Counted from the stretch's first letter, positions 38,283 to 51,762 are shown. The stretch: DNA of 64,000 nucleotides from Eledone cirrhosa (GCA_964016885.1 OZ024741.1:180854001-180918000), one strand, 5' to 3'. Notes: generated from the sequence alone by a model not told the origin. Program-made: numbers and translations.

Positions 38283-38329
<47 letters not shown>

Positions 38330-39807
38330 ATATACATGTTGATTGTTCCCTCAGACCGGGTGATGTGTTGCTTCCTTGAACAAGACACTTTATTTCACAT
38401 TGCTCCAGTTTACTCAGCTGTAGAAATGAGATGATAGGGACTGGGATCCCTATCATTCCACTGCAAAGTGGTCGTGGAGGTACCATGGAAGAAAGCACCC
38501 AGCACTCACTGTAAATGAGGTTGGTGTTAGGAAGGGCATCTTTAAATTATATAGCTTATATATTTGACAGTTATAGGGTCTCGCAAACCATTCATTTATT
38601 TATTTTGAATCTGTGTTTTATGATTCATGAAGTTTGATTTGTATATTTTTATAGTATATATGTATTACATGATCCTAGTTAAATAATTTTTTAATATAAT
38701 ACTTGATGTAAAACTTTATTTTTAACACTATTAACAATAATTATATTTATTATATTATATATAACTGACTAATATCGTCTGAAACTTTAAACAATGTACT
38801 CTTTGTATAAATTTAGACAAATGCGTATATCTAGTTTAATAATATCCTTTTTAAGTACACTTATATGGCCTTTGGATACTTAAGGGCATTCTAATTTTAA
38901 CTTTATAATTGTAATTATTTTCTAAATTATATAATGATTATTCTTTAATATAAAATTTCTTTAATATAAACATTTTTTTTTAATATAATTTAATTTGGAT
39001 TACCTTCGGGATGAAGAAAATCTTAAGTCTTTTCTTTCTCATGTTTGCAAATACTTTAAATATGATATTATACTATAATATAAATACTTATAAATTTTAT
39101 AGTCTGAAATATTATGCCATTAGATTAATTCACTATTTCTAACTAACATAAAGATTCGAAATTTAACGGTCATCCGGATGCACTGGGATATATATATTTG
39201 ATTAATTGACTATTTCTAATTAACTTAAGGATTCGAAAATAAACCGTCATATAACTACACCCAGATATATTTGATATTTTGATTGATTGACTATTTCTAA
39301 ATAATTTAACGATTCGAAATTATTCATTCACCAAGCTATGCCCAAATATATATTTATATATATATATTCTTACATCATCTAATTATACTCTGTTTATCCA
39401 TGACAATACAAATCTCCCTCCCTATGTTTTATACTATAACATTTATTTTTTTCTCTCTATCCTTAATCAATTTTCTTTTGCTTTCGTGCATAAGATAATT
39501 CTATACTTCTAATCAGTCTCTTTTCCCTCATCTGTTTCTCTCTGTCTTTCACTTCCTCTTTCTACAATAATGTGTTATCCATATATTACTTTATTTAAAT
39601 TATTTAAATTTCTAACAGTTATGTAGGCTTATATTATATTAGTAGTTGTTTATTATTATGTATCTTTATAAGCTTTCTCACACGCACCCGCTGTATTATA
39701 TGTAATTTTTTCATGTTTCAATCTTAAGGTATATAAATATTGAGTTTTGTCTTAACTTATTCACTGCCATGACTGAATTTTAACCATCTACATAGTCAAG
39801 CATCATC

Positions 39808-39875
39808 TTATTTTATCTGATGAGGACGTACTGTTGAAGATAGCTCAGTACCTCTGAAATATGTATAATAATACT
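39808..39875 (+). ncRNA. Minimal hammerhead ribozyme motif, same family as 19217-19281
   Basis: TTAT-CTGATGA-GGAC-GTACTG...CAGTAC-CTCT-GAAA-TATGTA-TA-ATAA; shares the GAAATATGTATAATAA signature. Confidence 0.7.
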
Positions 39876-40010
39876 TGATCACACGAATGTCTATATTTGT
39901 TAATATTTTGAATTAATATTAATAACTCCGGAAAACCATTACTGTGGAGTGCTTCTAATGTATTGTAAAACTTTATTCATTGATTTATTCATTGAACCTT
40001 GTTTAACCTT

Positions 40011-40059
<49 letters not shown>

Positions 40060-40320
40060 TCTTTTACCTGTTTCAGCCATCCGGCCGAGGCCATGCTGGG
40101 GCACCGATATATATATATATACATATTTATTTGGGTTTGTTGGTTCACCACTGGATAGAACTGGTCATTTCGTGTGGTCAACCTTCATGTAATATTATGG
40201 AGAGCACTCAATGTAATGCAACTCACCCATCTTCGTTTATGTAGTTGGTTGTGCGAGTACGGAGTTAATTATTATAAAATAACAGGAAGCTGGACTGGTG
40301 TAAATCCTTGAAAGGTTTAT

Positions 40321-40380
40321 TATACTATGATCATTTCAATGACCGGGTTCAGTATGAATCCGGTGACATCATCAGATAAT
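40321..40380 (-). ncRNA. Minimal hammerhead ribozyme motif with perfectly palindromic stem III
   Basis: Minus strand: ATTAT-CTGATGA-TGTC-ACCGG-ATTCA(TAC)TGAAC-CCGGT-CATT-GAAA-TGATCA-TA-GTA; stem III is ATGATCAT. Confidence 0.7.
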
Positions 40381-40505
40381 TCAAAATATAACGAGGGAAT
40401 ATAGCAGATAAAATCCATTGTGCTGAAAATCAGAGACAGGAGGGTGACCAGCAATTAAGCAGCTTCTGTCTCTGTCAGCCGCCCTCAATGTATATATACA
40501 TACAT

Positions 40506-40566
<61 letters not shown>

Positions 40567-40657
40567 ACTTTTCTTTGAATGCAAACCTTGTATTGAGTAC
40601 TTTTCCTCCTGTTTTGTAAATTCAAATGCCCTCACCCACCCAATATATATATATAAG

Positions 40658-40797
40658 ATTATATAAGATTCAATGCGATAAATTATATAAGATTCAATGC
40701 GATAAATGTAACAAGTTTTACATAGGTAGCACCATCCGACCCCTACATGTTCGTATCAAGGAACATATCAACACCAACGCATCTTCCTTCCGTAAAC
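40658..40797 (+). mobile_element. GIY-YIG endonuclease fragment of a Penelope-like element
   Basis: LYKIQCDKCNKFYIGSTIRPLHVRIKEH (xYxIxCxxCxxxYIGxTxRxLxxRxxEH). Includes a 24-bp internal tandem duplication and is bounded by (TA)n. Confidence 0.85.
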
Positions 40798-40824
40798 ATA
40801 TATATATATATATATATATATATT

Positions 40825-41080
40825 GAAATGAAAGTAAACTCAGCATTAGGGTCTAATGGCTTCCCTACAATTCTTCTAGAAACATGGAAACAGGCTTTAG
40901 TAAAACTACTAGATTATTTTCCAAAGCTTCTATGTATGTGACAAACTCTCTCAAATGTTCATGGAGGCTATAATCTGTCCTACCTATAATTGGAGAAGTA
41001 GAGGAGGTAGTAAATTTATAGGCTCATCTCTCATATATCAATAAAGCCATGGAACAAATTATCAGAGAGAAACTAGTCAA
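40825..41080 (+). mobile_element. Degenerate CR1/Jockey-group LINE RT fragment
   Basis: SALGSNGFPTILLETWKQALVK...AIICPTY...INKAMEQIIREKLV resembles the pre-RT/RT domain 0-1 region (SAPGPDG...WK.A.I.PI.K...K.ME.II). Confidence 0.55.
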
Positions 41081-43640
41081 CTGTGAAAACTGGCTATGGG
41101 CCTGCGAACTGTCCTGTGTGGCATGGGTTGGACATACAAAGGATGCATATTCTGAGACCCCAAACAGAGTCAGAAGGGAGCAAACCATAATAATTGGCAA
41201 ATGGAACATTACAATCTTTACAGGTAAGGAACAGGAAGTAGTAGAAGAGGGCCAGATGCTACTGGATAGATATAGTCAGGGGTTTCCTCAACAAAGTTCT
41301 ATGACTCTGGAATTGTAGATAAAAATGGAGAACGGAAACTTCACTATTCAGTTGTGGTGCCAGAAATGAGGTGAGAGTAGCGATATTTACAAGACCTCGA
41401 CTGACGAAATCTGTTATCAACTGTATCCCCTTAGGAGGAGGATTTACCTTTTGAAGATTAGGCTGAAAGAAAGATCTCTGTATGTGGTGCAAGTTTATGT
41501 ATCAAACAGATACTGAATACAGATCCTTCATTAATAAAGCCACTGCAGCATTAGATGTAATTAAGACTGAGTCATATATCCTGATGGAAGGCTTCAATGT
41601 ACATGTTGGCACTGATTACTTGACATGGAAAAGAGTGACGGGAAAGAATGGTAACCTTAATCTAAATGCAAACAGAGAAGGTTTATTATGATAATCTTCT
41701 TCCAACACAAAGATATCCATAAGTATACATGGTACAAGGGAAATCAGGGACAGAGGTCAGTAATTAACTTTTTAGATTTTCTTATTTCTTCAATTCTGTG
41801 CTGGATGTTCGTGTTAAGATGGGGACTGACCTGTCAATTGATCACAGTCTAGTTATTTCCAACCTGAGACTACCTAAATCCGAGAAAGCCCACAAAACTG
41901 ACAGGTGCTGCTCATTCTACAGGATAAAGTGGGAAGCACAGGTGGATGAGGTGAGGACCAGGAATGCAGATACTATTGCATCCAAATTCAGAGAACTCAT
42001 TGAGCAAATTTAGGACATTGAAATGGAGAGAAGAATGTTCAGCTCAGCAGTTTCTTCTTCAGCTGTTAAATGCTGTGGGTGAATGTGGTTTGATGTGGTG
42101 CCTGGTGGTAGAAGGAGCCCTTGGTTCAATCAGGATGTCAAAATTGCCATCCAAGCAAATAAGGTGGCTTACAAAACTGGTTTCAAAATAAGTCGTCCTT
42201 GTTGATCTTGTGGAGGACTTTGGGATTAAGCTGGAATTCTACTTTAGATCAACAAATAAAATATTCTGGCATACCATCTGCTGACTTTATAATAAGAAGT
42301 CCCCCTCCATGTCTGCTTTCATAAACGTGTCTGGAGTTCTTCTTTCTTCAGAGAGTTGCATCCTTGTGTGATGGAGAGAATAATTTGCTGATCTCCTAAA
42401 CCTGGTCACAAAAACATATGATGTACATGAGGTGCATTTGGGAGCAATGATTAACCTTTTGGAGGTAGAGGTTACCAGAGCAATTAAGAAGTTAAAATGT
42501 AGCAAAGCCTCTGTGGAGGATGAAATTCAGCCTTAAATTATAAAAGTCTTAAATAGAGAAGGTAGCCCAGTATATTTGGAAAATGGCAATTGGGAGTGAT
42601 AATACCAATTATTAAAATGGAAGACAAGAGAGATTGTTCTAATTATTGAGGGATCTTCTTGTTTAGCCTTCTTGGTAAAGTCTATGCAAAGTTGTGTAGG
42701 GATATTGTCAAGCCTAAGCTAGATGATCAACAGTGGTTTTTGCCCCAACCAAATATTCCCACTGCAGTAGGTTTTTGAGAAAGTGTGGGAGTATTGCTAA
42801 AAGATGTATGCTTGTTTTGTAGACCTTGAAAAGGCATACAACTGCATTTCACGCGACCTGTTGTGGAAGTTTCTGCAGTAATATGGGATCGTTGGACATC
42901 TTGTTGCCTTGAAGCCTCTATACGAATGGTCTAATATTTGTGCTCAGATAAATGGTGATAAGTCAAAACCATTTAATGTGGGTGTTGGACTCAACCAAGG
43001 GTGCATACTATCATCTCTCCTGTTCATAGTCTTCATGAACAGGATTGACTTGTGTAGCTGAGTTGGATGGGGTTTCAAGATTGGCGGGTATAGGATCAGT
43101 TGAATGAAATTTGCAGATGACATGGTGCTACTTAACTCATTGGAAGGTAATCTCTGACATGCACTTGATAGGTTTGATGCCATGTGCTGCATGACAGGAA
43201 TGAAAATCATTGCTGTGAAGACTAAGACACTCATTCTCAAGGATGCCTGCACAGTGCACTCTACATATGAGTGGAGTTCCACTGAAGCAATCTCAGGAAC
43301 GTTTTCATAAATAATGGTTGGCAGGAGGCTGAATTAAGTGCAAGAATTGTAGGGGCTGATGCAGTGATGCACCAGCTCCAGTATTTGGTCATCAAAAGAA
43401 TAAAGGTAGGTGCGAAAGCCAAGCTCGCTATCTACAATTCAGTATTCATGCCAACCCTTATCCTTACCTGGTCATGAATCTTGGGTAATACCAAAAAATT
43501 TCGATTGTGAATACAAATGACCGAAATGGCGTTCCTACGAAGGGTCTTTTGAGTAATGTTACTCGATAGAGTACATTGCTTGGAAGTCAGAGAGTAAATC
43601 CAGAGGATCCAGCCAGATCAATTGCTTCTGTCATGAACCA
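41081..43640 (+). mobile_element. Heavily degenerate near-full-length RTE (BovB/Expander-like) LINE
   Basis: APE motifs IGKWNI, GFNVHVG, YTWY and LSIDHSLV, followed by RT motifs FVDLEKAY, GLNQGCILSSLLFIVFMN, FADDMVL and GHESW, with many stops and frameshifts. Confidence 0.85.
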
Positions 43641-45269
43641 CTGGAAGGTATTCTTGAAGATTCTGATATTTATTAGTTAAAGTTTCAGTTAGTTTGTGGC
43701 TTGTGTTTAGATCATTGTACTGTATTATAAATATTGCTTCTAGAATTATTTGTCAGTTTTGTGAGTAATTCTGTAGAATATAGATGTTTCCCAATCATGT
43801 TTTTTTCAAAATAATTTTTGTCATTGTTGGCAGTTCTTACTGATGAAAAGGCGATGCTCTTGAAGGTGTTTAGCTATTCAGTGCCTTAGCCTCGCTGTCA
43901 CCTGGTGCAATGAAATGTCATGGATTACTTCAAAATGTTTTAGAGAGAAACACCGATATTCCCTGTTGTAGCATATAGCTGAGTATGCACGTCTCGTTTT
44001 TTTCTCTGACTAATCTTTATTGATTTGTTTCTTTTGTAAATCGTATGTACTATATAAACTGTGTATTTAAATGCAAGTTTCGTGTGGTGTTGTGTAGTAC
44101 ATTCCAATTGCTCTTTGTTGTAAATACATGGGAAATCGGGTGCAGAGTATCGTAAATGTAAATGAAAACAGACAGTGATTTGAAGCTTGCAATCTTTACG
44201 TTTGTAATCAAATTTATACATTCACATTGGTCATTAATATCTTATTGGTATATTTACTGCTGGGAAAGGATAAAAAGGACCAGGGTGAGAGGAGTTATGG
44301 AAATGAATGGGGAAAAAGATTAAGAAAGACTAAAAATATAGAGGAGAAAATGAGGGCAAAGGTGTGAGTTAGGAGAGAAGGGCTACATCTATGACCTGTT
44401 TTTTTCCCGTGCCTTTCAGGAAAGTAGTAGGAACTGTTGAAGTTATCCTTAAACTGGAGACTTAACCAGAATGTTTGCGACAGGGTGAAATTCTGGCAAA
44501 GGCACTCAAGATGCCAGGTAGTGATGTTAGACCAGGTGACGTATTAAGGCTATCAATCAAGAAGTATAGCAACAAAAACACATGTAGCAACAAGAGAAGC
44601 AGCAGCAACAACTATGAAAGCAATAGCATAAAAACAACTGGCAATAACTAAGTCTGTCGTTTCTAACCCTGAAGGAAATTATAGACAAATTAATAAACAA
44701 CAACAATGTATCCCAAATCCATCCAATAGGAGTATACAAAATAAAATAAAATGGAACTGTTCGTCACATTGGACTAGGGAAACAGCATTCTCATTGGTTT
44801 TTCCATTGCTGTTAGTATCTGTTGATCACAATTCCTGGCAGATGCATCACTGCTTTTCTAGTGACAAGAGGCAGGAGTCGACATCAGAATAAACAGAGCC
44901 AGAACAAATACCACAAATACCCATCATCCTCTTTAACAATTTCACTGATCCTGGACAATGAAAGGTAAATTTGACCTTGATGGGATTTGAACTTCTACAT
45001 ACTACTTTCCCACCTAACTTCATCATCTTAGTATCCCACCTTAGCCTCCCCACCTCATTCACTTCCTCCAAAAACTGTTCTCCCCATCCACCAGTTGGCC
45101 AACTCCTTCCAGTAAGGGATGGCAGCACCACCTTCTTCCCTCTTCACCTATGTCAACATATAGATTGTTGCACCACCCTTCATCCACTCCATGTCAACAT
45201 GGAAAAAAATCTCACCAAATGTATGAACTTGACATGGTCTCTTGTCCTGTTTAGTCTCAGAGCATAACA

Positions 45270-45695
45270 GCTCATCTGGCCCAGGCAGACATGGGAATAT
45301 ATATTTAACAATGATGAGCATGTATGTCACCACCACCTTCTGTAGCCCTGATACACCTCTCCTGTTTAACCCATGCATGCATAAATAACCACACACATTC
45401 CACACCTACTTTCCCACAGTACTTCTGCCATGACAAAAAAAAGCACCCAGTCCACCTTGTAAAGTGGTCATGTTAGTGCCACAAGAAAAGCACCCAGCCC
45501 ACCATGTTAGGTGGTGATGCAAGTACCATGCTGAAAAAGCGCCCAGTACATGCTGTAATGGAATTGGCATTAGGCTGGGCATCCAGCCATAGAAACCAAG
45601 CCCAAAACATCCATATGAGTAAGACATGGTCATCTGACCTGGTTAGTCTCATAATGCAAACATGGAAAATAGACGTTAAACAGTGATGATGATGA
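45270..45695 (+). mobile_element. RTE-derived 3' UTR fragment with ~49-bp repeats and (GAT)n tail
   Basis: AAAAGCACCCAGTCCACC repeats, GGGCATCCAGCCATAGAAAC, and CATGGAAAATAGACGTTAAAC-GTGATGATGATG. Confidence 0.75.
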
Positions 45696-46173
45696 TTAGT
45701 GCAGCAAACCAAAACAAAACCAAGGCTTTTAAACAGATGCTCTAAGGACTTTGCCAATAATAGTAAATGAATGAATAACAAGTCAGAGGGTTTTATGGAT
45801 TCCAAGATTTTTTGAAATGCTGTGTTAGAATGTCTTTATTTGTATTATACATCTTTTATGTATTCAACTATTGGCATTTTTATACAATTGTCCAACAGGA
45901 AAAATGACATTGGAATTAAAAAAAAAAAAATAAAATGAAAATATTGGAAAGATAATTTTCATCTGAGCAACACAGTTTCAACACAACTTAAATACAATTT
46001 CAATACAGTTTCAATACAGATTCAATACAGTTTTAATTCAATACATCAGGTAAAAAATAAAAATAATTAAAAAAAGGTTATTTCTATTGACAACACAATT
46101 GAAATTTGGTAATTCATGTGAAAGAAAGAAGCATTACATCTGCTTAAATGTTTATGAATAATAAATAGCAATG

Positions 46174-47055
46174 ATAATAATAATAATTGTTTCTACTTTA
46201 GGCACAAGGCCAGCAATTACCCAGTGCATTACTGGTACTTTGTTTTATCGACCCCGTAAGGATGAAAGGCAAAGTCAACCTTGGCGGGATTTGAACTCAG
46301 ACTATAAAGGGACGTAACTATGCTAGAAAGCATGGCGTCTGACCCTCTACCGATACTGCCAATCCACCGCCAACGATAATAATATAATAATGATTTCTAA
46401 TTTAGCCACATGGCCAACAATTTGTGGGAAGGGGAAAGTCGATTTTATCAACCCCAATACTTTATTTTATCGACACTGGAAGGATGAAAGTATTAATAAT
46501 GATAATATAACAACAACAACAATGATAATGATTTCTAACATAGGCACAAGGCCCCAAATTTGGAGGGAGGAAACAGTCGATGAAATCGACCCCAGTAAAT
46601 TACTGGTATTATATTTTATTGACTCAAGAAAGAAGAAATTAAAAGGGAAAATTAATTTTAGTGGGATTCGAACTCAAAATGCAAAGTGAGGTAACTAAAT
46701 ACCACAAAGTATCTTAATAATAATAATTGTTTCTACTTTTGGCACAAGGCCAGCAATTACCCAGTGCATTACTGGTACTTTATTTTATCGACCTCATAAG
46801 GATGAAAGGCAAAGTTAACCTCGACGGGATTTGAACTCAGACCGTAAAGGGATGTAACTATACTGCAAAGCATGGCGTCCAACCCTCTACCGATACTGCC
46901 AATCCACTGCCTATCATAATAATAATAATGACGGTTTCTAATTCTAGACACAAGGCCAGCAGTTTTTTGATAGGGAGTGGTGTAATTGACTAGCACTATA
47001 TTTTATTAACTCCAGAAATATGAAAGCAAATAGCCATGATGGGAATTGAACTTGA
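46174..47055 (-). mobile_element. Cluster of about five Deu/Nin-domain SINEs (full-length at 46174-46371 and 46716-46911)
   Basis: Reverse complements of the SINE consensus separated by (AAT)n. Confidence 0.9.
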
Positions 47056-47228
47056 GATTTTATGACTTATCAAAAGGTCTTATGCTTGGTGCCTGTTCTA
47101 CAAAACAAAATGATTTGAGCCACATTAAGGAAATTAGATGTAAATTAAAATAATGTAATTGAGTGTGACATTTTCAAATCTATCTTCAACTAATGTCTTC
47201 AACTAACCTATATATATATATATATATA

Positions 47229-47490
47229 CTCTTGTTCCAGCCCATGGTCTGAGGCTATAGTGGGGTATCACCATTATTGCCACGCATTCTATGGCCAACC
47301 TTCCTTGGTTGGCCATTGATGAATAAGGGAGTTTGGTACTGTTGTCCAAATTCTTGTTTTTGCCATGTTTTAGGTTCAACTGGGATCCTAGACAACAGAA
47401 TGTCAATATGTTCTTCATAGATCTTTTTAGGTTTTTGGCAACATATTAAAAAGCTGGGGTCCTATCAACCTCTAGCTCTTGCAGTATATG
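47229..47490 (-). mobile_element. Degenerate CR1/Jockey-group LINE 3' end
   Basis: The minus strand reads IGPQLFNMLPK, a motif typical of the end of ORF2 in this group; abuts (TA)n. Confidence 0.5.
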
Positions 47491-48062
47491 ATCCTTAATC
47501 TGGATGTGATATATTAAAATATATCTATACACACAAATATAGATTATCTTGAGCTGATTGAGTTGATGGCTACTTTGGAGTTAAGTAAACAGGTTTCAGT
47601 TTATTCTATCTGGGTTGATGATGTGGGAAACTCTAGAGTAACAGCTGACCAGATCATTTCTATGGTGTTGATTACTTTTCCTCTCAATCGTTACACATAC
47701 ATACACATGCACATGTATGTGTATGTATGAATTTAATGCCATGGAATAAATTAATCAAAATAATCAAAAGAACAAATTATTTTCCAGTTGTGCTCAAAAG
47801 ACCTATATATAAGAGAAAATTGAGAGGTTGTGATGTTCTTACACAAATTAGCAACTGAAATCTTCATCGCAGGAGTTTACTATATGCTTATCACTCATAT
47901 CTTGAAGTTCATTAAAAGTTATCAATGTCAATTCTTGAATAAATTTCTTTGCGTATTTATGTGCATGTATGCGTGTGTGTGTGTGTATGCGTGTGTGTGT
48001 GTGTATGCATGTATGTATGTGTATATATGTATGTGTGTGTGTGTGTATATGTATATATATAT

Positions 48063-49021
48063 GATAGGATATTTCCGAAATCGAACGAACCCTAAAGGGT
48101 AGAAACGTAATCCTGGTATGTGTATATGCACTTTAATTTTATACCTAATTGTGTATGGTTGACGGTATATTTAATCGATTTCCACGTGCTATTGAAATGC
48201 TGGGTAAATATTCTATAGCTGTTGATCGCGAATAGATGGCTGTAGTTTATTTATCTATTATTTCTTCATAGGTGTCTTTTAATCTTATAGCCTGGTTTAA
48301 TTGGTTTTTTGTGTGGTTGATTATGCTAATTGGGAGAGGAAATGGTGTATATATCTTATCAAATGATTCTATGGACATAATTTATAGTATATTGCTCTGA
48401 ATATTTAATTTATTAATTCATCATTGAGCCACATAGTGAATGGTTGCCAAAAACATATATATCTATGACTTTGTCTAGTTTGTGTATATGTAAATCTTTA
48501 TATTTGATAATCTCCCACAAGGTTGAGATGCAATTTAGGCAATATTAGGCTGCGCTTTCTAGCAACTAGCCCACTCACCGTAAGGCGCCAATCACATTCT
48601 TTCTGACTTGACCACTGCCACGTCACAGTTCTTAGCCATTTTGAATTCGTTTCTGGCGGGGATCATTTAAGAAAAATCTTCGTCCAAGTGAGTTTGTTTC
48701 CTGATGATTTCGAAGCTCGAGAATTTATCCTCGATAGGATATTTCTGAAAGCGAACGAAACCCTAAGGGTAGAAACGTAATCCTGGTATGTGTATATGCA
48801 TTTTTTCTTCTAACTTTAATTTTATACCTAATTGTGTATGGTTGACGATATATTTAATCGATTTCCACGTGCTATTGAAATGCTATTATCTATTATTTCT
48901 TCATAGGTGCCTTTTAATCTTATAGCCTGGTTTAATTGGTTTTTTGTGTGGTTGATTATGCTAATTGGGAGAGGAAATGGTGTATATATCTTATCAAATG
49001 ATTCTATGGACATAATTTATA

Positions 49022-49027
<6 letters not shown>
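48063..49027 (+). repeat. Partial tandem element: ~300-bp direct repeats (48063-48392, 48733-49027) with 670-bp periodicity
   Basis: Near-identical sequence from GATAGGATATTTC to CATAATTTATAGTATAT, bounded by (TA)n on both sides. Confidence 0.9.
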
Positions 49028-49063
<36 letters not shown>

Positions 49064-49196
49064 ATGTGGTTAACTTGTAGTTACTAGCAGCGATTAAGAA
49101 TCAGGATCTGATTGCATGATCAAACCTAAGCTGATCAATATGGAAACAATTAGTAATATGTAATAAAGTTTGCAAATAGCTGCAATTCTTATTGTC

Positions 49197-49237
<41 letters not shown>

Positions 49238-49659
49238 AGTATTCTGGTGGGTTATGGTCTACCTGGTGTTTACCATAACCTGTCTAATATATGTGTGTAT
49301 ATGTATGAATGTATGTGCATATGTGTGTATATATGTGTGTGTGTGTGTATGTATGTCATGTATATAATATTTTGTGCATTATATATATTTATGTAAATGT
49401 GTGTGCTATATTTGAGTATATATGTATGTGTGCATGTACATGGTTATATGTATGAATATATTTGTATAATTATGATCATGTGTAATCAACAATCAACATC
49501 TTTAATTATTAATGGAACTTAGTACATAGTATATTTTAAAAAATTAGAATATTTCTGGTTCTTAAAAATAACTAAGAGAAAATGATATAGTTAGACAGTA
49601 AGGTAGACAGATAGTCATATTGATCATCAGAGAGATAGACGTGTGTGTATGTATATATG

Positions 49660-49719
<60 letters not shown>

Positions 49720-49822
49720 GTATATATATATAATATATATATACTTTACCACATATTCTTAACTGTTATTTGTAGTGATTGACTATTATCATAGCCTTTC
49801 ATGTTGAAACAGTTGCATTTCA

Positions 49823-49875
<53 letters not shown>

Positions 49876-51762
49876 CATACATATATATATGTATATATAT
49901 ATAATTGATTGATAGCTTGATATTTTCTCTATCTCTCAGTAAATCAATACTAATGTATTTTACGTATATTTTATTGAAATTTGAAGTGCTCAGATTCAAT
50001 TAACTGAAACAAAGTTGTTGTTTCCCCATTGCCAATCCTTTTTTTAGAATAAAAATTATTAGTTGAAAGAAAAAACAAATTAAATTAAACCCTCCCATCC
50101 CCACCCGCAACCATGCATGTTCATAGATGCACTCAATATCAAAAAGAAGTTGCTTCAAACAATTTGATTGCTGGACAAGAGAATGTTGATACAATGTGAT
50201 ATCATCACTTACTCAATATCATTATATATGTATCAGTTAAATTGTGCAAAGATTATCTAGTTCAGTTTTATTGCTTGCTAGTTTTTGGTAGGATTGTGGC
50301 TTTATTTAGTTGTTTATTATTATTATTTTTTTTTTGTATCATTGATAATAGATACACTTTGAAGAAAATGAAAATATCTCATTTGATACACTGGATTCAT
50401 TGCGTGTACACATGTTAGGGGAAGAGTTAGGTTTGGTTATGATTGGGGTTAGGTTTCATTTGTTAGCATGTTAGCCAAGGACCCCACAATGTTTAAAGGG
50501 CCCAAAATAAATATTTTTGTTTCCGTAAATAATATGCAAGAGCCCAGATGAAATTGTCAATCCCAAGCAAGTTTCATCCCCTCCCGTGGAAAATGAATCC
50601 AGTGATTCGATAAGATATATTCATTTTCTTCATACAATATCATTATCATTGATATACATTTTTCTTATGACTTTTTTCTACCACTATTTGATATTTAGAA
50701 AAAGGGAGGGAGAAAAGAAAGACCTCCCCATCAACATCTACAGCCTTTCTCTGATTGTTTACTCATCACACTGATGGGAAATATCCAAGTAGTTTTAAAA
50801 CACCATGTCAGCGAAAAATTGAACTTTTTTTTCAAATGAATGCGCCCTCACAACGACAGCAGCAACAACAACAACCACTGCATCAACAGCAAAAACAAGT
50901 TCATCAACACCGAATATTTTAGCAATTGTCTATAATCTATTCATCATTAAATATCATTTAAAGAAAAACGTGTGTATTATATATATATATATGATATTAT
51001 ATTATATCATATACTATAATGTAGATATATGAACATTGAAAAAGCCCACTTCTCTGTCTCTGAACATAGTGACGATGCTAGTATAACAGTAAAGTATAAA
51101 TGAAATGTTCTAAAGTGATGCAATATGCTCACATATATATATATATATATATATGCAAACATGCTTATGCATACGTTTGTACGTGGATACACACATACAT
51201 ACAAAAATACATACGTACATACATACATACAATACTGATCTTAACACTGGTTTATTTCACAGACGGATTATAATCTTTCATTGTTTTTTTTCAAACTATG
51301 TAAACTAGAGCAAGTAGTGTTAAGTTTCTTGCTCAAGCACACAGAACAGATCAACTGCAGTGGGATACAAAATCCTAAATTACATGTACCATTAGCATAA
51401 ATACCAATGATATGCTGGTATGTGTGCCACCCAGCCATAACGCCTCATTAGTATGATAAGAATGTATGTGTGTATGATACAATAAGAAATTAAGCTTAGC
51501 TCAAGCCATGTTTTTGCTTCTTTTGGCTGAAGGCCTTCAGTGAAGCTTGACTTGAAAATATAATGGAACCATTTCTCACATCAGATTAATACCTTTGGAC
51601 TGCATTATTGAAGAAATTCCAGATCCATTCAAATATTATCTTTTACCATATAAACAAATCAACATTGATGATTGTATTGATTTTTTGGTCAATAATTCAA
51701 ATTACACAAACAAATTTGGCAAACAATCATTGGGATGAGAGATGTCACTAATTTAAGCCAGC

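Noticed and set aside
43835-43880. CTGATGA...GAAG hammerhead-like sequence
   Set aside because: GAAG instead of GAAA, and no stem I or stem III pairing.
44420-44517. Strong acceptor plus donor-like site
   Set aside because: All three frames contain stops and there is no partner exon; cannot be supported as coding.
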